DNA of 64,000 nucleotides from contig NW_019218040.1 in NCBI RefSeq assembly GCF_002571385.2, forward strand, positions 15,939 to 79,938, given 5' to 3'. Position numbers and translations under genes: made by a program. Source of the DNA: Stylophora pistillata. Taxonomy: Eukaryota. Shown here in pieces: positions 52,001 through 64,000 of this stretch. Within the stretch, counting starts at the first letter, position 1; the number at the start of each line of letters is the position of its first letter. Under the pieces are notes generated by a model that saw nothing but the letters and a program-made list of their open reading frames with translations, was not told the DNA's origin and made no database searches.

Positions 52001-53462
52001 CGTATGAGTGGTAAATAGTTTCCGCTTTGGCCCCTACGCTTTTACTAAAGAGTACTAAAGAGTTTAAAATCGGCAAAAACAGAATTTCCCTTCTTCAATA
52101 ATTGATGAACAAATGTCTTTTGTCTGGCAATCGTGGATTTGGCGGTTCAAACATATTTCGTTTAGCTAAACTGAAAATGATACCAACTTCCTGATGTTAA
52201 CACTAACTGAAATATTTCGTTCTTTTTGGATAGACACTATTTCACTCTTTCTGGTTTATGAGTTGCGTTGAAAACACGACTACAACTTCAGTTCGAACTG
52301 AGTTCAAGTGAAGTTTGAACTCATTGACCATATCAAGGTCGTAGAATGAAAACAAAAGGAACTCTTCGTAAGATAAATATAACACGTCAAGAATGATCTA
52401 GTGCTACAATTTCCGTTTAAAACTGTAATATTTAAAGCTTTTCTCGGCTAAACTGCGTTTTAAATGCCCGAATACACAGCGATTTAAAGACAGCTTCGTG
52501 AAAACGCAATACAATAAAGTGTACACTATCACTGAAGTTCGCATGAGTGCAAATAATAAAATTACGCCAACTTTACCTTCCAATAATCGACCTGTTGAAC
52601 GTTAAAGAACCTTTGGTAAGCTGAAAGCGCTGAAAATGAAATATAAGATACACTGAGAGAGCGACGAATCGAGAGATTTGACAATAAATCACTACCATTT
52701 GTAACTACGTATTAGAAGTAAAACCTTTGAAGTACACTGACTGATGAACTCACGGAAGGAAAGTACTGCTTTTTTTTTTAACTTTTATTTAGAACCTTTT
52801 CAATCAGAAACAACCAACTTTAAGGAAGGTAATAAAATATGCGAATATTCTTAACTCTTACGCAATTTCTCGCGTAGTACCGTTCAATTTTTACAGTACC
52901 TTTAGGAAAGTCGTCAAGCAACAGGTGAATGTGTCCCAGTCTACAGAATGTGGAGGGATGTACTGACTTCCCTTCTCGTTGCAATTCTTTCTCGAGAAAT
53001 GCTACACCCTGGATTTAAAGGCACATTATAAGGATTCTCATTAGCAAAGTGTTTATTGTAAATAAAGGATGCTTCTACTCCACGTCGTTCGCGTAATTAT
53101 TCGGTTACCAAACAATTAATGCTCCCGGCAAACTGTCAGCAAAGCTGATAACCGTCGAGTGCATCAACAGAAATCATAAACTTTGCAGAAAAAGTCCACA
53201 ACATAGAGTCCTCAAACTTCAGTCTTACCTTAAGCAATAACGATTTGTGGTTCAGGTCAGGCAAAGATGGATCTCCAACTGGGTCCTGAATTCGCAAAAA
53301 TCCGTACAATCGGCTAAAGAAAGGACACACACAAGAGCGTTTGATCAGTAACACCCAACCGTAAACTCAAGAACACGAATGGGCACATTCACGTCCAAAC
53401 CTGTCATAATTCGACAAAATCTCCTTTTCTCGATCGCTCAAGACATCCACTTGGGAAACCAT
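35359..53462 (-). CDS. KDM6A: Lysine-specific H3K27 demethylase 6A (UTX): TPR repeats, low-complexity linker, JmjC, Zn-binding domain
   Basis: ATG at 53462 ([27 protein letters not shown]). TPR exons between 53313 and 44457 ([34 protein letters not shown]). Large exon 43520-42282. JmjC exons ([56 protein letters not shown]). Zn motifs HYCAQC and YCQDC. Last exon 35448-35359 ends in TAG. Confidence 0.97.
35952..36160. mobile_element. Abundant ~200 bp TTAACCC...GGGTTAA-ended MITE family
   Basis: Related copies lie at ~7945-8150, 11955-12150, 32810-32990, 34200-34420, 37735-37920, 44800-45000 and 59110-59405. TTAA-flanked CCC/GGG ends suggest a piggyBac-like derivative (inference). Confidence 0.7.
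39720..39930 (-). mobile_element. tRNA-derived SINE (same family as 1850-2152)
   Basis: Shares GCAGGAGACGGGACCT..TTTATTCGTCC.TATCCGAGA.GACTAG and TGAGTGTTGGTCCGGCCGGG.CTCGAACC with the first copy. Confidence 0.8.
43429..43485 (-). repeat. (CAA)n coding microsatellite giving poly-Gln in KDM6A
   Basis: TTG repeats on the + strand encode [19 protein letters not shown]. Confidence 0.9.
46008..46175 (-). repeat. (GTAA)n microsatellite, possibly the tail of a truncated retroposon
   Basis: About 20 GTAA/GTCA units at 46008-46089 lie next to a - strand AATAAA (TTTATT at ~46116). Confidence 0.6.
46684..47075 (-). mobile_element. 3' fragment of a CR1/L2-type LINE
   Basis: The - strand reads [27 protein letters not shown], which resembles an RT C-terminus, followed by a 3' UTR, AATAAA and a (TGAA)n tail. 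Confidence 0.6.
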
Positions 53463-53699
53463 TGAGCATATTACTGGCCAAGTTCGCCAACTTTATCAGT
53501 TTCGCCCTACAAATACCCCACGCAAGTGACAGAACTAAAATTCAAGCATCCAACAAAAACAAAAGGCCAAATAGATGGTCGAACTGTCCTCCGGTAACGT
53601 TCCCGCGAACCATAAGTTTTTCAGTCCCTTTCGCCAAAGCATGCAACCATAACCACCAAACACACACTTCTCGCGTCTAAATCCGTAAATTTCTGCATC

Positions 53700-53925
53700 A
53701 AAGAAACGATGGTTTCATTGTCAAAATCATTGAAATGCAAGAAAACTTGTCTACACTGGAGGGGTAGGAGCGGTGGAGCACGCCGTAAAGATACGGATAT
53801 AGTTGACCAATCACAAAGGAGTGTTAAGATCACGTGGGGGATTCCATTTACCACGCATTCGCGTGAAGGAAGTGCCGATTTGTGGCCGATTTACGAACTT
53901 ATTGCACTTCCTGTAGGAAGTACAA
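53700..53925 (-). promoter_or_regulatory. Likely KDM6A promoter
   Basis: A CCAAT box (~53807), CACGTG (53831) and ETS-type GGAAGTG/CACTTCCTG motifs lie 350-450 bp upstream of the ATG. Confidence 0.45.
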
Positions 53926-55964
53926 TTTTTTTTTTCAATTGAAACGCCCGTTTCATGCGTCAATGGACGCCTCTACAAACTTGCCAGGAATTTACTTCTA
54001 AGTTACTCTTTAATTTTTTCTGTAAAAACTTTGTTTTGTCTGTATAGAGTGTGACATATTTAGCATGCTCGGCAGGAAATTACTGTTATGTTAATATGTC
54101 TGTGTTTGTATTGGATCAATGAGATTTCAGCGTATTGGTCCATGAATGACGAAAAAAGCTTTCGTTCTCTCGCATTTCGCTCTAATGGCGTGCACTGGCT
54201 TAACGAACCCATTCGTAGAAATTCAGGAACTTGCTTTGAAGGGAAAATTGTGTTGAGACCTCACACAACACAAAAAAAATCGTCGACTTACAGCAACTTA
54301 CCTTCCCGCTAAAACATACTTGTAGTAATATAATGTGACAGTCTTCGTTAAAACGTTTTTGTCCGTTGGCAGAATATGTCACCCATGCGTACAACTTGAA
54401 TTTCCAAGGTGATTTCAAGTTGTGATGATTCACTTTGCAATAATACGATTAGCACATCCCTCAATGAAAGCCAAAGTCACTGATATTATTACACAAAACT
54501 TGTTCTACTTATACACGTGGTTTAATCAAATATGAAAATTAGTATTTATTAATAACTTCGCGTCCGTTGAACCCTAAGGTTACTTCTTGACCTTAACCCT
54601 GACAGTTCGAGCCTACACTACCTCCCAGTGAAGTCTCCACACTATTTTTTTGAACAAATAAAACGCGAATTCAAACCGTTGATCATAAAATACACTTGGC
54701 AGCGATTGCGTGTTTGAGAAATCTCGCGTGACTTTCGTGTATACAAAATATTCTTCTTAATTATTTTTTCTTGCATTTATGCAGGAGGTATTGTTTAAAA
54801 GGTAAATTTAAATAGCTTTGATAGGGTTCGGTGCGTGTTTACATGAGATCAGAAACACCGCGTGCTTAAGTTTAGCGATGAAAACTATCAATTTCGTCCG
54901 TCGGACACGCAATCTGGATGAATTGCAAAGAGAAGTTTGGAAATTCCGTGAGTTTTTTTTTTTTTTTTTGTTTCCGCTTGGGGGGAATATTTAATTTACT
55001 TTGACAGCAGTCACTTCGCCATTTCAAATTGTGACATGTCCAGTCAGTCGCGGTATATAAAAATAAATCTGATTTTGAGGTGATAGTTATGATTTTCTGA
55101 TAAGCATCTTAACAATATTCAAAACAGCATGACATTTCCCTAAATGATTCAAAGAATATGTTCTTCTGNNNNNNNNNNNNNNNNNNNNNNNNNNNNNNNN
55201 NNNNNNNNNNNNNNNNNNNNNNNNNNNNNNNNNNNNNNNNNNNNNNNNNNNNNNNNNNNNNNNNNNNNNNNNNNNNNNNNNNNNNNNNNNNNNNNNNNNN
55301 NNNNNTTTTTATCACAAGTTAGTTCCGGTGGTAGATCGAAGTCTTATTTGTATTCAACACTTTGAGGTTTAATGTAATTTGACAAACCTTGTTTCCTTTA
55401 CAAACTTTCCTTTCTTTTTATTTGAAAGTTAATATTAGTAAATCTGATTTTGAGATGGTGTTACCCCGAAAGGCAATTTTCAAAATTAGTTCCAGTCTCA
55501 ACATCGAGTGACCCAAGAATTAAAGCAATATCTTGATCTTGTTCAGCTTTTCGGAATGTCCTTGTCAGGGCAGGGAAAAACAAGAAATTAATGATATGAA
55601 GGTCAACACTTTGATTGAGAAGCGACAGGCAGTTTTCCCTGAAATTTCTGTCGATTTGCTTTCGGAACCCTCGCTAATTTTTTTATTTTTTTATTTTTTT
55701 GATATTTGCACACAAAGTCATAACATGAGTCAAGTCACGCATGCGCAGTTCACCCGCCTCTGCAGACAGGTACCTGACTAAAACACGTAAGGACATGTGT
55801 CAGTTAACAAGAATTCCCGACTTCTGTGGTGCCATTTAATAACGCTGTTTCGCTGTCGCGCTTACACTTGACTATGAGCTGTTGGTGCGTCGCGCGGAAC
55901 TTTGGGCATGCTAACCTCAATATTTTTTCACTTTTTGTTTTTGTTTCGTAGTCTACGCTTACAT

Positions 55965-56402
55965 ACGGTGGCCTACAGGGGCAGTACAAAAGTATTTTTC
56001 CCAGTACAAAAATATTTTTCCCAGTACTAAAATATTTTTCCCAGTACAAAAATATTTTTCTCAGTACAAAAATATTTTTCCCAGTACAAAAACATTTTTC
56101 TCAGTGCAAAAATATTTTTCCCAGTACAAAAATATTATTCCCAGTACAAAAATAGTTTTCCCCAGTACAAAACTATTGATCCTAGTACAAAACTATTGAT
56201 CCTAGTACAAAACTAGTTATCCCAGTACAAAAATATTTTTGTACTGGAATAAATATTTCTTTACTGAGATAAATATTTCTGTACTGAGATAAATATTTCT
56301 GTACAGGGATAAATATTTTTGTACTGAAATTAATATTTTTGTACTGGAATATATATTTTTGTACTGTGATAAATATTTTTGTACTGCCCCTGTGGGCCGC
56401 CG
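55965..56402. mobile_element. Foldback-like element whose arms are 20 bp tandem repeats
   Basis: Termini CGGTGGCCTACAGGGGCAGTACA and TGTACTGCCCCTGTGGGCCGCCG. About 13 units of CCAGTACAAAAATATTTTTC are followed by about 8 inverted units, with the switch at ~56235. Confidence 0.85.
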
Positions 56403-58142
56403 CACTTACACGGTCCGCCGGCCAGTAGAAAACCCTTCAATTGCGTACAGCTTTAGAAAACCATACCTATGATGATGCACTTCACATAACTGACGTAACA
56501 GTAAATGACGTTCGTTTCTTGTATGAGTGTCTAGCGAAATTCGAGTTTCAAGCGGATTAATAACAAAAATTAAAAGTACACCAACCTGAGATTCTGTTCT
56601 TCTTTACGTATCAATTTTAGACTCTGTGCAAACTTCGTGCTTTTTAACTACTTGAAACGAAATGAATGACTGACGTGACAAATGGACTAAAGATTTTATA
56701 TCCGATTCGCGGTGTACGTGTTCCTACAAATTACATCATTTCCTTCCATAAGCTTCGTTCCGCTCACGGGCAATAAAAAGCGCATTGAAAAAGACAGTTA
56801 AATATTGTCGTCCGCCTGTTGGTACTAGCCACACTTAACCCTTCGCCAACGTAGCGATTTTGATCGACAGGTTCTGTAAATCCGCATGATTTATAGCTTT
56901 AATACTACGTAAAGCGAGACAACAATCGGCGGCTCTGACTCAATCTAGACCTCCTCAAAGTCAAGGTCATTCTAACCACCCGGCATGGCAGACAACCTGA
57001 CTTTCTCGACTTAACTGACAGACTGATAAGTTTAATGGAACAATCTTATTTGCCTGGAGTGGGAGATGACAGATTCTTTTGTGAATAATCATCGCGAAAC
57101 CTCCTTCCGTTTTGCTTCAGCCTCCGACATCCTCTCTCTTAGCTTTATCACAATGTCTGAAAATGACCTTCAATATGTAGTTCGTAATGTTTATTTCTGG
57201 GAATAAGATATTATGCATAATGATGTAAAAGAAACTGTAAAATTGAGATGGAGTTTCGAATGTGCGGAAGCTATCGCTGAGATTGTTCGATGAAGGGCAC
57301 AATTCTGCCTTCAATGCAAGTACCCAGTGTTACAGTACTTACTTTTGCTGAAATAAGGGGAATGGGGACCGTACTGCGTATTAGTAAAGCAAAGTTCGAT
57401 CGTTTTCCACTCTTAAAATTGAAATTATGATCTGTGTAATATGAAAACATTGACTCATGCTAACGTCCATATAACTTCCTTGATATTTTTCTGTCCATGA
57501 GTCAGCTTGACTGTACGCGAGCCCGGATGGATTGCCATTCACGAAGTGTTCTCATAAATCACACTGAAATATCCGCAAAACTTCCCTTTCGAAACTTAGT
57601 TGAAAAAAAAAAATAGGAAAATAAATACAGTTTGCTAGACTTCCTCTTTACAATATTCCAATACTCCCTCTATATCTAAAGCAAAACCTCTTGAATTAAA
57701 CCGCAAGTTGTTGTGATCCTTGTTAAAGTTGTCAGTTGACAAAAGGGCCAGAGTTGCGCGTATTCATTTTCAGTGGTAATAAGAACACAAAATATAATGC
57801 GTACATTTCAGCAGCAAGGTAAGTGAACATCGATGATGATTCACAATTGGCAGTCTTAATACTGTACCAATATAAACAGGTTCCAGACAGGAAGTTTTTT
57901 TTTGGAATAATTAATTTGTCCCTTGTTTTTCTCGGCTGGAATCGCTTATGTCAAGAGACATAGGCTCTTGCTCCTAAAGGTCCGCAATGCAACAGTCATT
58001 TATGGCATCCCTGTCACGCTAAACCGTCAATAAATTAGTCGAAGAGGCGAAAGAATGGCGAAATATTAAGAGAATTTTACCATTTTCATCAAAATGTAAA
58101 ATTGTTCAAAATCAGACATAAAAAAAGAAAAAAAAAAACACC

Positions 58143-58213
58143 ACGATACACAAATCGTTACGATACACAAAACGTTACGATACACAAATCGTTACGGTAC
58201 ACAAATCGCTACG
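58143..58213. repeat. 17 bp minisatellite, about 4 copies
   Basis: ACGATACACAAATCGTT repeated in tandem. Confidence 0.85.
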
Positions 58214-59230
58214 TGACTCTAATGGTTAAAGATATAGATTGCTCAACAACCTACGAGAAGAATGCGCGTTGGTCCGCCCGCAGGGAGATTGGAGACGATT
58301 CGAGAAGAGATTACTCGTCGGCTTTCGTTGCCTCACGAGGAAACACAAAAGGAAACGTACTTGTTGAAACGCCAACAACGAGAACTAGGGAAGGAAATGA
58401 CGCTTGATTTCGAGGAATGTAGTAAAACCTTCCTATTTAGGCAATACTAATTTATTGCTCTGATCTGATTACAATTATAAACAATAAATAATGATTAACT
58501 ATTGGAGAGAAACTAAATAAAAAGACGCAATTCATTTACGGTATAATTCTCCATGATCAAATTTGTAATTTACTGCACAATGCAAAAACAAACAAATAAT
58601 ACTAAAAGTAAGCGAGAAAGTTGAGAATATCATTCTGTTGTCCAAAACATTACATCCATTAGTAAAGCCAACTACGTAGCTAATAATTTTCCGAAATGTA
58701 ATAATACAAAACCAGTCTATGGAAAAAAAAAATAATAATAAAAAATGAAAAAGTGTTCAAAAGAATTAAAAAAATCCAAGAACTTTACAAAAACGTCGTT
58801 AAGTTTTGTTGAAACACCCTGATCCCTTCCCAATTTCTTTTTAGGGGAGTCCAATCCTTGCAGTGTTTCCGGTTTGCAGAGTGAGTCCATGACGTACACG
58901 AGGGAGTTATATCAAATGACGCATTCTTAATTGAATTAAATAAATAAACCTTAGTGAGTTCAAAAACTTACAAATACAAGTATAAAATATTGTCAGTTGG
59001 GCATGGAAAATTTCCATGATAACTGGATTTAATAATCGTTTCTACAAAATATGCCTCACTGACAGCAGCAACAAATGTAATCTTCCCGATGCCATTATCA
59101 TACACACGGCTTAACTTTTTATCTCCCAAGATCTGACCGTTAATTCTCCCCTCTAGCTGCTACACATTTCCCTTGTAAATTAGTCACGAGAATTAGGTCC
59201 TAAATCAAGAAACCAACTTCTACCTTCATA

Positions 59231-59303
59231 CAACCTCATTCCCAGGGCCTTTTCCCTCAGTTGGGGGTGCCAGCTAAGGGAAAAGGCCCTGGGAACGAGG
59301 TTG
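59231..59303. mobile_element. 73 bp mini-MITE nested in a TTAA-type MITE
   Basis: TIRs CAACCTCATTCCCAGGGCCTTTTCCCT and AGGGAAAAGGCCCTGGGAACGAGGTTG, flanked by ACCTTCATA/ACCTTGATA. A relative lies at ~60511-60568. Confidence 0.85.
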
Positions 59304-59833
59304 ACCTTGATAAGTTGTAGAATTCTCATCACCTGTTTGTAGGATAAAGTATGGATATCATGGGGAGAACTTACATGTCAATCACTTTTGGGAGTTAAGA
59401 GTTAACTCATTTATAAAACTTAATGCGTTACACTATAGTTACCACTATGTAACTCAGCAGTTCTTAATTCAGTTAAATATTAACATTTTTCACTCTAAAA
59501 GCTATTTAAAATGAATTATAACATAAATGAAAATAGGACGCATCGTCTGCTTGGTTTCCAAGCGGATACTTTATCAGGTTATTGAGCCCGCATTTAATCG
59601 GTGACGACTAGTATGTCACAAAAGCAATAGGACACATTTGTCCAGGCCACTTAGGATAATGGCAAAACACGTGGAAAGCTTATAAATAGCGATTCGAAGG
59701 CGAGTGATCAATAAGCTCTCCTCGCGTTCCCCCAACATCCCTGAGTGGCGTTATCACGTTATAAAGCCCGGAAAAAATGTGTTCGATTGCCTAACTAAAA
59801 CAAGAAGACTCGCTCTGTTGCACAAAGAGGCAC

Positions 59834-62800
59834 TCAGTCCCATTTGTACCAGTTTTTACTCCTATGTAGGGCCTCTTTCCATTCGTCATAATTCTTCAGG
59901 AATTTGTCTCGTATGGATGCCTTCGGTTGAAAGAGGGCCTGGGAACAACGGATTGCTTTCAACTCGTCACGTGACTTCCAAACACCTGGTATAGTAATAA
60001 AATAAAACTGAAGAATAGAGCGCTATTGAGCGACGTAGAGGAAAAACGTAAGTTACGAAAGAAGCCATTCAGAATAAAGTAAAGTATGATACTGAACGAG
60101 CCAATGAAAATTCAAAGGAAAAAGACGAGGAAATTGATAGGAGCGCGGGAAAAAGCACGTGAACAGGTTGTAACCGGTTGCGGTTAACATCAGATCGGTC
60201 GAGTAAAATGCTCGCGTTTTCTGGGCCAATCACAAAAAAGTGAAAGTAATGAAATCCCGGACTACCTTTGGCATTCAAAATAGAATTGCTTTCACCTCAA
60301 ATTAAAGCTGTTTTTTGATCGACGTAATTGGGAAACTTGCTGTTATATAAATTTGCGAGATCAACTCGCAAGAAGTTCTGATAATAATAATAATAAAAAA
60401 AAATGAAACTCTGCGTAATTAAAAAAACGCAAATGTATGGCTCAATAAATCAACCAGTAAGCAAGCCACGCACAAAATTTATACTTTATAATTAGACATT
60501 GAAACAGTTTCCTCGTTCCCAGGGTTCTCCCGCTTTCTCGGAAGGGAAAGGACCCCGGGAACGAGGTTAATGAAAACAGCACTGTCAGTGACATCTTGAC
60601 ACCCTGGACATAAATAAACTTACCAGCTGAGAGACCAGCCAAGAAGGCTGCACCTAAAGTGGACATGTCGGTCTGAGAGGGTCGATCTATCGTCTGACAA
60701 GTTAAACTGCTCATTAATTCCAACACAAAGTCGTTGTTAGAAATTCCGCCGTCAACTCTGGAAAGATAAAAAGCCAGAGGACTTCATTAACACTTGGATA
60801 GTTGAAAAATCGGTCGGCTTCACACATTTCTTTTTATAGCTGTGTAATGCTAACTCTTTTCGAAAACTGCACCCAGAAATTGCAGTGGAACCTCCTCTTG
60901 TGCAGCGTCGAAGTAGTGGTCCCAGCCACATAAACTTGCCTAGTGATTGGTTTAGAAAACTCGTAACAGTCTCGACCAATCAGATCCAACTTGGTCAATC
61001 TCGTTTTCCCGCGCCTAAAGCTTGCTGTATGTGTTTTCTTTGAGTTCTAAAGGATTTCGTTGCCATGTTCATCTTTTTCTGATTGTCCAATGCAACAACT
61101 TCAGCTTTGCTTGCACAAGACTCAGTCAAACAAGGCTCTATCCTACGTTTTGCCGAAAACTTATTCTTAAATGGTTCCAAGGTTGTTTGTTTCGTTGAAC
61201 CTCGACGATATTTAATGTATATGTCTGTAACTAGAGTGCGTGATTGTCAAACTGTCTGATCTTACTTATTGAGATGGGTGAGAGACCTGGAAATTTTTCA
61301 AGTTTCTCACGCACTAATTAAAGCTTAAAAATTAACAAGACATCTTTCGGTTTTCAATAACCTGCATTTCGTGTATTACTTAAAAAAGGTCTCCTTCGCG
61401 CGCGCAAACAAGAAACGCATTTAAAAGATCTGAAAACGCGTTACCATGACAGCAGAAAACGACAATACAATTTCTTTGTGTGCGTAAGGTAAACGCTAAT
61501 TCTGCTTCTCACGCCTCTAAACGAATTACCTTTATGTGATCACTGGGTGACGGTCCTTTGAATTGTTCTCAATGCATTGTGAAAGGTGGTTGAGATTTTG
61601 CGCCTTAAGATTTGAAATCAAAATGAAAACTTACTTGATTGACGACATTAATGGGATATGGGTCTCTCCAACCACAGTCTCGTACAGCTGAGTAAACCTG
61701 AGTAAATCAGTTTGACGACGTTATTTACAAAAAAGAAAAAAAAATAGCGTATGTGGGAACTATCATTTAAAGATCCAGTCCACATATCAATTGAACTATA
61801 AAGGGGTTAAGTTTCTAAAGAAACTGTGATACTGCGTCGGCGCGGGGTATACATTTAACAACTGAGTATAGTGCAGCCGAGTAAACCTGAGTAAATCAGT
61901 TTGACGACGTTAATAACAAAAAGAAAAAAAAAAGCGTATGTGGGAACTATCATTTGAAGATCCAGTCCAAATATCAATTGAACTATCAAGGGGTTAAATT
62001 TCTAAAGAAACTGTGGTACTGCGTCGGAGCGGGGTATATATTTATTTCGTTACCCACACCGACGCAGCCCCAAACAGTTTCTTTAGAAACTATCAGCCTT
62101 TATTCATTTATATATTTAACAACTGAGTTGATACAGTAAATTGGCCACCGTAAAGAATTTCCAAAGCTGACATTTCGAGCGTAAGCCCTTTGTCAGAGCG
62201 AATAAAATTAAAGAAGAATAATTAAAGAATTCGCTCTGACGAAGAGCTAACGCTCGAAATGTCAGCTTTAGAAAACCCTTTACGGTGGCTAAGGTTGTCG
62301 GGAAGAAAGCGTTAAAGTGCACGCAACAGCCCCAAAGGCATTGTGGTTGCTTAACCTCAGGATTTCAGGGAAATCTAAGAAAACGTCAACGTAAGGACGA
62401 GGCATTGCGGATTTAGTGAATTCATCTATTTATTTTAATTTCACTTATTAGAATTCACTGATTACCGGATAACCAGATTACCTTTCAAGATTGACGTGGG
62501 CACTTTTGTCCTTTTTGACGACAAACTTTTTCCAAACAGTAATTGCCCCTTTCTTCCTCCCTGCGTATCTAGTTTCACCTTTCCTTTCGAAAAACTTTAA
62601 TTATTCAAAGCCATGATTAACTCAACCAACGTAGCCGGCAGTTTTTTGCACGTGTGGGAAGAATAAATTAAGCAGCACCGTTGCGTACATATTTATTAAA
62701 CGCACAAAACAGCTAGCTCTGCAAGTCACCATTTACCTGAAAGCTATTGACTCCAAAATAGCTCTTGTTATGTGAGCTTTGTTAGTGGTGGATTTTATTC

Positions 62801-63914
62801 CCATCAGCGAAACGCAAGCTTTATTGTCATTAATGGGAGCCTACAGAGATAAAAGGAATAACTAAGTGGAAAGAAAGGTGCGGAAACACAACTAAAAGTA
62901 AACATGAAGAGTAAACAAATTTCTTTTAACAGGTAAAATGCAACACATGCAACCTAATCAATCACCCACACGACTTAAAAGCGAAAACTACATCACTACC
63001 AGGTTGAAGGTAGAGATTGTTTACGAGCCAAGTGGTCCATCACGCAGGCGCTAGACTCCGGTTTCCGTGGCATAAAGCGACTAGGAGTATTTCTACTCCC
63101 CCGTGGATGGGATGTCAGTCCATCGCAGGGTTATACCCCAGCATTAAATTTGCAGGTACCCATTTAAACACCTGGGTAAAGAGAGGCACTGTGAGAGTAA
63201 AGTGTCTCGCCTAAAAACACTACAAAATGTCCCCGGCCAGGGCTCGATCCGGACTCGAGCGCATTAATCATGACTTACTTGTAATCCATTGAAAGCGGGA
63301 ACAAAGTAAACTCCACCTGAGGCTAAAGGAGAAGAAGAGAGCAAAACTGAATTATTTGGGTTGGTTCGCGGCGATCACGGAAGTTTTATTGGGACGAAGT
63401 GGCCGAATGGTTTAAGACAAGAGGTTTAAAATCTGGAGGGAGGGTTCCAGGTGAAGTGAAAGCCAGTCCACTCCGCCACTCGACTGGATTTGTTTCGTGG
63501 CCGTCTCAAGTTCTACAACTCCGTAATGCTTTGAACAGGATTGTAAGGAGGCGAAAGGGATAAACGATGTCTTCGTGAAAAGCTGTAGGATCTGGTGTCA
63601 TATTCCACGGAAATGTTACTGGCAGAGATTAACAGAATAAGGGCTCATAACGTTGTAACTTCAAATGCTTTGAATTTCAACAATCAAGGTTCACTGTACT
63701 GTTTAAGCATACACTGTGTACCAATTCAACACGGAAGCACTGAATAAAGCAACCAAAGTTTTTCATTTGTCATTTCATCATGACGAACCCAAAGCAAAAA
63801 AACAAAACAAAACAAACAAAACATACGAACCAACAAGGTTTAATCATTTATTATTGAGCTTACTTTCCACAGAAAAAGCCATTTCGCTTGTCTTTGAGAC
63901 ATCGTCGTAAAAGC
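59834..63914 (-). CDS. GK5: Glycerol kinase 5-like (FGGY family), 3' portion; the gene continues beyond the window
   Basis: In-phase exons: 63914-63864; 63322-63279 (GGVYFVPAFNGLQ); 62840-62737 (KAHITRAILESIAFR); 61697-61635; 60757-60624 (VDGGISNNDFVLELMS..DMSTLGAAFLAGL); 59985-59834 (GVWKSRDEL..NWYKWD*). Confidence 0.88.
62138..62290. mobile_element. Penelope-like terminal remnant in inverted arrangement, with hammerhead-like cores
   Basis: GCCACCGTAAAG..AAGCTGACATTTCGAGCG..GTCAGAGCG and its reverse complement. Single copies lie at ~12360, ~15595 and ~23160. Confidence 0.6.
63015..63265 (-). mobile_element. SINE with a conserved central core
   Basis: GGATGGGATG..GTCCATCGCAGG..GGTACCCATTTAAACACCTGGGT..GAGAGGCACTGTGAGAGTAAAGTGTCT..CCGGCCAGGGCTCGA, related to 12805-13050. 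Confidence 0.7.
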
Positions 63915-64000
63915 CTGCAGAGAAAGAAAATCGTTAGTTCAAGAAATGATATTGAGCTGACAAGACAATATACCTTTTGTGTAATACGCGATGAAAGCAG

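Noticed and set aside
55980-56390. CRISPR-like regular repeats
   Set aside because: The units are directly tandem with no unique spacers, there are no cas genes, and the context is eukaryotic.

Overview
Eukaryotic, intron-rich, AT-rich genomic DNA with several N gaps. The repeat landscape (tRNA-SINEs, TTAACCC-ended MITEs, Penelope-type ends) suggests a stony coral or other anthozoan; this is inference. All exons were spliced by hand. In order: (1) the probable last two exons of an upstream + strand gene; (2) a complete + strand receptor tyrosine kinase, 5727-19388, with signal peptide, 5 Ig, FN3, TM, a Tyr-rich juxtamembrane region and a RET/FGFR-like kinase, including one GC-AG intron; (3) a convergent - strand gene with signal peptide, Ig, Ser/Thr/Pro-rich stalk, Ig and FN3, whose 3' end falls near gaps; (4) a ~5.4 kb cluster of three decayed DUF3504/Crypton-type tyrosine recombinase genes, two of them head-to-head and from different subfamilies; (5) KDM6A/UTX on the - strand, 35359-53462, with two conserved segments missing at assembly gaps; (6) the 3' half of a GK5-like glycerol kinase on the - strand. 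The best leads are the paired tyrosine-recombinase cluster, the Ig/FN3 kinase plus kinase-less partner with ITIM-like motifs, and dispersed minimal hammerhead-ribozyme motifs. No CRISPR array, rRNA or true tRNA gene was found.
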